Shown: positions 58,001 through 64,000 of the stretch, piece by piece
How positions within the stretch are numbered: the first letter of the stretch is position 1
Layout: each line of letters opens with the position of its first letter
IMG/VR virus record: IMGVR_UViG_3300008952_000012
Location: 70,530-134,529 of that record
Strand: one strand, 5' to 3'
Source of the DNA: a virus
DNA length: 64,000 bases
Position numbers and translations under genes: made by a program
The notes under the pieces: generated by a model
What the model saw: the letters and a program-made list of their open reading frames with translations, nothing else
Told to the model about the DNA's origin: nothing
The model's database searches: none

Positions 58001-59468
58001 TGTTGACTACACAGCCCTTCGACGGGATGTAACTGGTTCGGCTGCCGACCCAGGGTTATTAGTCTTTAATAGTATTGCCGAAGTTGAGGCAAACATCGGT
58101 CCTATCACCCCCGACAACCCGCTTGCATTTGGGATGTACTTGGCGTTCTTGAACACCACTAACATCAACATCGCAGCATTTGGGGTGGATGAGGTAACAG
58201 CCGATGCTCCGCAGGGGACCGTTAAGGCGTACGCAGAAGCTCTCGATTACCTTCAGTTGAAGGAAGTCTACGCGATGGCACCGTTGACCCACGACATGGA
58301 AGTGTTCAAGGTCTTCAACCAGCACGTAGTTGATATGTCGGCCCCCACGGGTAAAAAAGAGCGAATGACTATCTGCTGCCCAGAGCTTCCCTCTGAAAAG
58401 CCTTCTACCCTAGCGTTCTCGTCAACGGACTTCGAGGCAGTTGATATCGGAGGCGGGAAGTGGGAAATCACAGACGCTAACGGTGGAAACATCATGCTGG
58501 CTCTAAATGAGTCAACTGTGAAGGATTCCAACGGGCAGGCTCTTAGTGTCAGTGTTGGGGACTCTCTCCTTCCTGACCAAGATGTTTACCTTGACCGTGC
58601 TGGTGACCCGTACAGATATCTTGTTACAGGGCTGCCTGCCGCAGACACGATTCAAATCGAACCGACTAACGACGTGTGGCGTCCAGGTGTTTATGGCCCC
58701 GGGACAGGTGGAAACGATGACGCATATTACAACACCGCAAACCCCGTAGACTGGGCTTCAACCGGAGAAGCAGCAACCATCTTTGTCAGACAGGCGGCTA
58801 CTGATCTAGCTACCACTGGCGGCAAGTTGGCTACCTGCGAAACTCTGGCTGAGATCGCCGGTGGTCCTACAGGGTTCCAGAACAGACGACTTGTTTTGGT
58901 GCTCCCTGATCAGGTTGGAGTCTCTCTCGGCGGTCTCGAAGCTGCCGTTTCCGGCTACTACCTCTGCGGTGCCATCGCAGCCATGATTGGTCAGCAGAAC
59001 CCGTCGCAACCGTTTACCAACCTTCCTATGGTTGGCTTTACGCGCCCGATTGGTTCCAACGATCTGTTTAGCGAAAACGCTATGGCAACCGCTGCTGCCG
59101 GTGGCATTTATTGGATTATCCAGGACAACCCTGGTGGGGCTTTGGTGTCAAGACACCAGTTAACTACAGACCTCACTTCCATTAAGACCAGAGAACTCTC
59201 TATTCTTAAGGCTGTGGACTACGTAGCTAAATTGTTAAGAACCCAGGTGCGGCGCTTTATTGGCCGTAACAACATTACTAAGCAACTGCTCGAAGCTATC
59301 TCTCTTGGGATGCAGGGAGCGCTTGCTAGTGTGACTGGCTCTGTTGTGGCTGAGGCAACTCTTGATTCTTTGACTCAAGACGCTGATCAGCCGGATACTA
59401 TTAGAGCGGAAGTGACTTTGGTTCCGTTCTATCCCGCAAACTACATTAAGATCACTATTTACGTGTAA
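55095..59468 (+). CDS. Contractile tail sheath protein, unusually long (1457 aa)
   Basis: N-terminal RPGVEI; C-terminal QPFTN, RHQLTT..RELSI...VDY, VTLVPFYPANYIKITIYV. Confidence 0.85.
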   Translation: MATLTRPGVEIAQEITAGAPTILTPTLVPCLVGPCFQIVSPLTEDGALNTGAVVSVAALLQSDQPLPESLSLSGRTLQLKVNNGQVQTINFPVTINGEAIDHALTVNTINKQLTGAVAEIIGDKLNILTNSKGSSQKLELILIADPNVRADTILELDHLQGLVISGQSQYSNISYTVPYSSFPSPMASVDEVVISDENTKMYRYFGGTLREFSEDSAININAYSWGPMQVANCTVASSHGPAYGDSKSFMFGKVKAGSKTDTLQHLGSDAFMHFPLCHDISPDGGELAGATQWPDPRGKNRLVIKAAGMNGYMSSGNMANMGVAASVGTGGNDLTLTINHAAQPVPGTVDSAVVVYTPGAGLAITVSDDTTFATLEAAIDSADIPANEVSVSLEYDVDDPAVATVRDFSNGSPAGSPWNNTKQVAGLELSWGSDPYDFSINAPLTQGVGAGGVADQEDLSSAYVCGAIPIGGDTADDLGIAGETIKISIDGGVPIEHTFVGGDGVVAALNTALTGVGTATTVGYNLANPLGESFQPLRIQTDSDNGHDSTIEIIVDNATVTQRLFSGSISATSGVTAIAAQSVALDEDRGGLLTSVAYNNVPGQNESVYQQAIVPDTVTVQVEGALAVPAICAGTDNLMEGGQVGTAANAAAELHLDHGTGDVQVDINFPLNGWADLTTAAAAIQAGIVGAGIDGIVCASEHAGTVVISHYAANLGDTLILNSANTGAEISAALGSCFDISSACTAATLTLRDSGASPAFRVECTAATGLGNQVNVPAGLDEWVMGGAEAANTGRAATRIDYSSGDINIAFAGDDFAGAYDAAHPISVKLGPAPTATVTYNRSWANTVQASKQAYTGKLHHGRSHRTELSDFAWSDGVILGRISALEAFSAPGGPYPGAQVVLSEFAMDNKQLLNKWYFVADGVVAGATDNPRVEPEAHGNDLEQIYTIKHALNRDSAGVAISGGADIYVDYTALRRDVTGSAADPGLLVFNSIAEVEANIGPITPDNPLAFGMYLAFLNTTNINIAAFGVDEVTADAPQGTVKAYAEALDYLQLKEVYAMAPLTHDMEVFKVFNQHVVDMSAPTGKKERMTICCPELPSEKPSTLAFSSTDFEAVDIGGGKWEITDANGGNIMLALNESTVKDSNGQALSVSVGDSLLPDQDVYLDRAGDPYRYLVTGLPAADTIQIEPTNDVWRPGVYGPGTGGNDDAYYNTANPVDWASTGEAATIFVRQAATDLATTGGKLATCETLAEIAGGPTGFQNRRLVLVLPDQVGVSLGGLEAAVSGYYLCGAIAAMIGQQNPSQPFTNLPMVGFTRPIGSNDLFSENAMATAAAGGIYWIIQDNPGGALVSRHQLTTDLTSIKTRELSILKAVDYVAKLLRTQVRRFIGRNNITKQLLEAISLGMQGALASVTGSVVAEATLDSLTQDADQPDTIRAEVTLVPFYPANYIKITIYV

Positions 59469-59496
59469 TAGACCCCGCGTATAAGGAGAAAGAAAA

Positions 59497-59805
59497 ATGA
59501 GCAAAGCTTTTGGAACGCAGAAAAGACCCGCCGGTAAGGAGTTCCGTGACGGAACTGTTGGAGAAGCCCTTGACGAGGTGTACAAGGACGTTGACGCCGG
59601 GTTCCAGGCCCTGGAACAGGCCGCTGTCCCATCACTCACCGACAACAGTGGTGGCGGTGGTATTGGCAACTCTACTCTCGGCCCTGTAGGCGACACGAGC
59701 GGCGGTGATGAGAGTGGTGCAATCAACGCCAACTTCTCGAAAGTTAACGCCCAAGTGGATGTAATCTTGGTTGCATTGAGAGCCGCTGGAATTATCGCGG
59801 ACTAG
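59497..59805 (+). CDS. Small head-fibre/trimeric anchor-like protein
   Basis: LTDNSGG...INANF..V.A.V..ILVALRAAGII. Confidence 0.5.
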   Translation: MSKAFGTQKRPAGKEFRDGTVGEALDEVYKDVDAGFQALEQAAVPSLTDNSGGGGIGNSTLGPVGDTSGGDESGAINANFSKVNAQVDVILVALRAAGIIAD

Positions 59806-59837
59806 TCCACACGAAACCACTTGATAAGGAGTAATTC

Positions 59838-60602
59838 ATGCCCGGTTTAGAAAATTGGTCACCATATAAGACCCATGTGCAGGGTGGTCTGCGAGAGGGC
59901 AACTTCCTGAACGGGCAGTTCATCCTCATCTGTGCAGGACCCCCCTTCTTCAGTCAACTCGCTCTTGGCTCTGGCGACTCAGACCTATCGAATACCATCG
60001 TGTATCCGATTGGCTTGACCCAGAACATTGCGTTGTCCCAGAACAAAGCTATTAGTCGAATCTTTGAGATTGGTTCGGACAGAAGTTACTTCATCTCGGG
60101 CCGAAGTGTGGGGCAATTGTCCCTCGGTCGAGTTGTGTACCACGGTCCATCCTTGCTCCGTTGCTTGTACGCTTACTACGACACCACTAACGGTGGCGTG
60201 GATGAGTACAAAATTCGGCCACTCATGGAAACGGCGGGTCTAGGCATTAACCCCTTCTCTACAGAAGGTGCCGATAGCGTCAGTGCAGGACTTCACTCTG
60301 TGAAGATCCCGCCTGGGTACGACAACATGTTCTTGAACTTAGCTTCGGACTTGTTTAGTCAGCCTCTTGGAATCCTGCTGATCTTCAAAGACAACGAGGA
60401 AAACAACATCGCTACGGTCTATCTCGACCAGTGCTATGTTCCTCAGCACTCTTTGGCTGTTGATGCTCAGGGTCTGTTGATCCAGGAATCTGTGGGTATT
60501 CAGTACGAGAAGATGGTCCCAATCAAGTTGGCTCAACTTAACCTGATTCAGGGAATTCTGGCAGACGACACTGGCGGATTCTCTAGCGAATCCCAGGTGT
60601 AA
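59838..60602 (+). CDS. Tail tube protein
   Basis: IGLTQN..LSQNK..SRIFEIGS.RSYFISGR; follows sheath. Confidence 0.7.
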   Translation: MPGLENWSPYKTHVQGGLREGNFLNGQFILICAGPPFFSQLALGSGDSDLSNTIVYPIGLTQNIALSQNKAISRIFEIGSDRSYFISGRSVGQLSLGRVVYHGPSLLRCLYAYYDTTNGGVDEYKIRPLMETAGLGINPFSTEGADSVSAGLHSVKIPPGYDNMFLNLASDLFSQPLGILLIFKDNEENNIATVYLDQCYVPQHSLAVDAQGLLIQESVGIQYEKMVPIKLAQLNLIQGILADDTGGFSSESQV

Positions 60603-60603
60603 T

Positions 60604-60912
60604 ATGCCCCCTTGGTCAGAACTTGCTGCTGTTCTATTTTTAGCTGGTGTTGTCAGTTACGGCTTCACGGAAATAGTAAAGATTTCATGCCGAAAATGGG
60701 TTGGGACAGCCGTTAATAGCTCTGACCCCGTGTGGTGGCAGGTTCTGTTTCGAATAATCCCCATCGCAGTCGGGACTCTTATAGGTTGGAGGTTCTACGT
60801 AGAGCAACCAATCTGGGGTCTATCGGTCGGCTGTTCAGCGGGTATCTTGGCCGCAATTATTTATAAGAAGGCTAAAGAGATGATAGGTGCGTTAAGGAGT
60901 CCCCAAAAATGA
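60604..60912 (+). CDS. Small membrane protein, holin-like
   Basis: About three hydrophobic helices and a basic C-terminus. Confidence 0.5.
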   Translation: MPPWSELAAVLFLAGVVSYGFTEIVKISCRKWVGTAVNSSDPVWWQVLFRIIPIAVGTLIGWRFYVEQPIWGLSVGCSAGILAAIIYKKAKEMIGALRSPQK

Positions 60913-61991
60913 ATCCTTTAGAAAAACTAGCCACAAAGCAACATCTCATTAGTTTGCTTACCAAGACCGCTGAAGACGGGAAACCAGAAGCGAAACCCGC
61001 CAAGGTTGACATGCCAGCCACGCTGGTTCAAGACCGCCCAAGGGCTAAGTTTGATGTGCCACACGACAAGTACATCAAGCAGATAAAAAAGAAGCTGAAG
61101 CGACAGGCCAGACGGGACAAGGGGAGTGACCAGACCGCTTCGGTACACCGTACCCACCGGAGTGGTCCCGACAAGCCCAAGACAACCACGTGGACCCCAC
61201 CCGGTGGCGGCGGTGACAAGGCCAAGGCTACCCATCTTGGGGTGGACCACTACCAAGGCGTTGCGAAGCTTGTACAGGCACGAAGACGAGCGAAGTTCAA
61301 GCCGCTTTACCAGGGACCCGGTGACACCCCGGAGCAAGCGGCAAGAAAAGCAGCCACCCGTAAGAAGCACCAGAAGAGCGATCTTCAGACCAAGCTTTTT
61401 GGGGTCGGTTCTCTGAGGAGGGGGTGGAAGCCCCCGACTGATACCTCCAAATTAACTGGTATGCAGCGAGATTACTTGGCCAGAAACCAAGGCAACATGA
61501 GTAGCGTACTTGATGAGAAGGGCAACTTCTTACCAAAGAAGCCTTCGCAAGCAGTGGCGGCAGCGACGCCAAAGGCTCCGGCTAAGAAGGCTCCGGCTAA
61601 GTCCGCGTATGTTCCCCGACAAAGGCTGGGCCTGTCGTCGCCACTTGCGCGTACACCTGCGGCCAAACCGGCGGCCAAACCGGCGGCAACCCAAGCTGCA
61701 GCAACTCCTAAGACCACAGATCAACAGGGCCGTCCCACACGCACCCCGGACGGGAAGCCGATCCGATACATCGACATCAAGAAGCCGATGGTAATCAAGG
61801 GGTATGCACCACCCAAGTCTTTGGTTGGAGCCAACTACGCTTCGCGCAAGAGATACATTGAGCACATGGGCGGGAAGGCTGGAGACCGTTCTACGTGGAA
61901 CAAGGATGTCCGCGCAAAGATGAATGATTGGTGGAAGGGCCACGTTGCCGCCAAGCAAAAAGCTAAAGCAACCGCCCTGGCCCAAAGATAG
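60909..61991 (+). CDS. Lys/Ala/Pro-rich basic protein with two N-terminal K-x-A motifs
   Basis: LEKLAT, LTKTAE; histone-H1-like KAPAKKAPAK. Confidence 0.6.
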   Translation: MNPLEKLATKQHLISLLTKTAEDGKPEAKPAKVDMPATLVQDRPRAKFDVPHDKYIKQIKKKLKRQARRDKGSDQTASVHRTHRSGPDKPKTTTWTPPGGGGDKAKATHLGVDHYQGVAKLVQARRRAKFKPLYQGPGDTPEQAARKAATRKKHQKSDLQTKLFGVGSLRRGWKPPTDTSKLTGMQRDYLARNQGNMSSVLDEKGNFLPKKPSQAVAAATPKAPAKKAPAKSAYVPRQRLGLSSPLARTPAAKPAAKPAATQAAATPKTTDQQGRPTRTPDGKPIRYIDIKKPMVIKGYAPPKSLVGANYASRKRYIEHMGGKAGDRSTWNKDVRAKMNDWWKGHVAAKQKAKATALAQR

Positions 61992-62429
61992 TTACGGGGA
62001 GTTTACGGCGTAGGTGATTCCGACCGTAGTTCCTGTAGCGACCACGAATCCAACAGCAAACCAAAAGATCGGATGCTCGTACCACGACGGTGTAGCGGCT
62101 ATCGTGGCGTCCTGGTGTAGCTTGAAGAACTTGTCAGCACGTTCTTGCTCCGCAGAGAGCAGCGACTTGTAGCGAGTTTCTCTGGATGTCCACAGGCTCT
62201 TTTGGAACTCTAACTCAAGAGTTAGTCTTGGGACGTCTATCTTCAGGCACCGTAGCCCATCAGATGCCGCAGAGGTTGGTAAGAGAACCCCGGAGCACGG
62301 AGACACCACCGCCAAGGGCTCTTTACAGTCAGTTGTTGCTGGCGCTGGTGGAGGCGGGTCTTCTGCGAAGCTAACAGTGGGGGCGAGCGCTATAGATAGG
62401 CACAACAGTATCGATATAATGCTTTTCAC
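61992..62429 (-). CDS. Secreted/periplasmic coiled-coil protein with C-terminal TM anchor (spanin-like)
   Basis: GTG start overlapping the upstream stop; signal peptide ending VSFA; C-terminal IFWFAVGFVVATGTTVGITYAV. Confidence 0.5.
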   Translation of the reverse strand: MKSIISILLCLSIALAPTVSFAEDPPPPAPATTDCKEPLAVVSPCSGVLLPTSAASDGLRCLKIDVPRLTLELEFQKSLWTSRETRYKSLLSAEQERADKFFKLHQDATIAATPSWYEHPIFWFAVGFVVATGTTVGITYAVNSP

Positions 62430-62815
62430 TTGTCTTCCTTTTTCCTGTTGAGAAGGAACTTGCTCCATTCGCTGGCTACGGCTACGGGCCCCTTCACCTC
62501 AGCATCATTAAGCTCATCTTCTTCTTGCTTCAGGGCTTTGATTTTCTCTTCATGCTCTTCTTTTATCTTTTTCTCTTCTCGCCTAGATAGATTATTGGCT
62601 TCGGAGATTTTTTCCGAGTGTTCTTTTTCTACCTTAGCCACCTCTTTCTGAATATCGAGGAGCTTTTTATTAGTTGATGATCTTTTGAGGAGCGTGAAAG
62701 CTACCGCAATCAGAAAGAAAAAAGCAATAAGTGCCCAGTGGGGTAGCTTTTTTATCGCCTCCCAGGCCTTAGAAAAAAACCCCTTGATACCTAACCAGAT
62801 TGGTGCCCATTGCAT
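62426..62815 (-). CDS. i-spanin-like protein (N-terminal TM plus coiled coil)
   Basis: WALIAFFFLIAVAFTLL followed by a K/E heptad helix. Confidence 0.5.
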   Translation of the reverse strand: MQWAPIWLGIKGFFSKAWEAIKKLPHWALIAFFFLIAVAFTLLKRSSTNKKLLDIQKEVAKVEKEHSEKISEANNLSRREEKKIKEEHEEKIKALKQEEDELNDAEVKGPVAVASEWSKFLLNRKKEDK

Positions 62816-62838
62816 AACTCCTCCTCCTACTAATAGTT

Positions 62839-62871
62839 AAAAAAACGCGAACCTCATGGAACGCGCTTTTT
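62839..62871 (-). terminator. Probable intrinsic terminator
   Basis: Minus strand CGCG-TTCCATGAGGTT-CGCG-TTTTTTT; imperfect stem. Confidence 0.45.
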
Positions 62872-62879
62872 GTTATATA

Positions 62880-63302
62880 TTACCCTTTGGCAAGTACAAG
62901 TAGCTTTCCGTCTTCTTCTTTAACCTTTGCAACCAAACCCTGCCTCTTTAAAGCCTTTTGTGCCTTGAGAGCAGAGTACCACTGGTTTACTGATTGTGAG
63001 AAGCTGGACTTTGCTGACGTTTTAGAGACCAGGGCATTCCGGTCATCCATATCATCTACGCAAATTCCATAGGTACCATCCTCGCCCTTGGCAAAACCAA
63101 GGCCAGAGTAGCCACCATGGAAGCCCTGTTTTACGAGTATCTCTACCTGGGACTTGTGTGATTTATAGTACCCCTGGAGGGTTAACGTCTTGCCTTCTTC
63201 GGCTACTTCGATCATGTCCTCTGGGACACCGAGTCGCTTTAGGGCAGCAAGCACAGTTTTCTTGTCCTTCATGCAGGACTTGCAAGTTACTAGGTGTGAC
63301 AC
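62880..63302 (-). CDS. DUF1257-family protein
   Basis: MSH...K....D...L.AAL..LG, GF...EDG.Y, QWY...A.K.L..QG..EDG.L.L. Confidence 0.7.
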   Translation of the reverse strand: MSHLVTCKSCMKDKKTVLAALKRLGVPEDMIEVAEEGKTLTLQGYYKSHKSQVEILVKQGFHGGYSGLGFAKGEDGTYGICVDDMDDRNALVSKTSAKSSFSQSVNQWYSALKAQKALKRQGLVAKVKEEDGKLLVLAKG

Positions 63303-63304
63303 GC

Positions 63305-63883
63305 CTACTCCTTTAATGCTCTCAAAAGTCCGTGTCTGACATCCTTATCTGGAAACCCAGATATGGTTGCTAAATCACCGTCTAGGTGAACTTCAACACT
63401 CGGGATATCAGACAGATCTTCTTCTGAGATCCGGTTTGTGATGAATATTAATTCTTGGTTTAGAGACCCACGGAGGGGCTCATTACAATGCTGTTCTTTT
63501 ACGTATGGACCAGCGACAACTAGATCAAAGAAGTGGACGCCCTCTTGGGCCCAAAAAGCTTTCTCCTCTAGCTGCTCTCGGGTTAGTCCCGTGAACATAA
63601 TCACTGACATGTTTGGGTGTAGATCCCGTATTCTATTTAGGATGGCGCAGACTGGGCCCCACTGCTCTGTGGGCTCGCCGCCGCTTATGGTCACCCCATC
63701 TGGGTTCCCTGCGACTAGCTGCTCGTATACTGAAAACCACGTGTCTACGGAACCGCCGTCAGCGCTCCACGTATGTGAATTAAAGCACCCCGGACACCCA
63801 ATAGTACACCCCTGGACATGGAGAACATTCCTACGCCCAGGTCCGTTAACATAACTGTTCTTTGTTATCTTAGAGATCCGCAT
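63305..63883 (-). CDS. NrdG-like radical SAM protein
   Basis: SYVNGPG.R..L.VQGCTIGCPGCFN (CxxxCxxC), GVTISGGEPTEQ, DLVVAGPY, LRGSLNQ. Confidence 0.85.
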   Translation of the reverse strand: MRISKITKNSYVNGPGRRNVLHVQGCTIGCPGCFNSHTWSADGGSVDTWFSVYEQLVAGNPDGVTISGGEPTEQWGPVCAILNRIRDLHPNMSVIMFTGLTREQLEEKAFWAQEGVHFFDLVVAGPYVKEQHCNEPLRGSLNQELIFITNRISEEDLSDIPSVEVHLDGDLATISGFPDKDVRHGLLRALKE

Positions 63884-64000
63884 TCTAGCCCTCCCCGATG
63901 TCAGACCACAGCAACCAAGGGGCTATGATTGGCCCATCGTCAGGGTGCCCCCCTCCGTCACTATCTGTAGCCCAAACGTCGATAGAGATGCCCTCATCAT

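Larger units (their letters stand above)
1..64000. mobile_element. Segment of a large tailed dsDNA bacteriophage genome (contractile tail)
   Basis: Terminase, portal, prohead protease, HK97-type capsid, sheath and tube genes plus a phage-type replisome; dense overlapping ORFs; no cellular housekeeping genes or integrase in the window. Confidence 0.95.

Noticed and set aside
59476-59486. GCGTATAAGG as a plus-strand copy of the promoter motif
   Set aside because: Lacks the GG, merges with the RBS and is only about 12 nt from the start codon
63305-63883. Radical SAM as a RiPP maturase for the 39-aa peptide at 25423-25542
   Set aside because: The enzyme is a short NrdG-type activase with no SPASM/RRE domain and lies 38 kb away
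1-64000. Stop-codon reassignment, tRNA genes, introns or inteins
   Set aside because: Long ORFs tile well under the standard code; no cloverleaf or T-loop signatures noticed; polymerase, helicase, terminase and RNAP motifs are colinear with no Hint-like inserts (by eye only)

Overview
The whole 64-kb window reads as part of a large tailed dsDNA phage genome (myovirus-like, standard genetic code, about 50% GC by eye). I found no cellular housekeeping genes, tRNA, rRNA or CRISPR array. Layout: (i) 8-4123 (+), a probably 5'-truncated beta-helix tail spike/fibre; (ii) 4.2-21.3 kb (-), a replication/recombination module (phosphoesterase, RusA, Cas4-like nuclease, Hjc-like nuclease, RecA-like, GIY-YIG, family A DNA polymerase, SSB, primase, DnaB-like, UDG-like, SF2 helicase, XRE); (iii) 21.4-62.0 kb (+), a virion module (portal, spike, SNF2 helicase, terminase, prohead protease, scaffold-like proteins, major capsid, neck, 1457-aa sheath, tube, holin-like); (iv) 62-64 kb (-), spanin-like genes, DUF1257 and an NrdG-like radical SAM. 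Two things stand out. First, a compact single-chain 2089-aa beta-beta' RNA polymerase of bacterial type lies inside the virion module; it lacks the beta' N-terminal Zn domain, has a remodelled rifampicin pocket, and no alpha or sigma gene is recognisable in the window. Second, a K-x-A(-S/A/T) motif recurs in about 12 head-region proteins, including the protease itself, which suggests a protease-driven maturation/packaging code. A recurring TWGGYATAAGMA motif upstream of minus-strand genes is a candidate phage promoter. All assignments come from motif recognition by eye; no database search was run.
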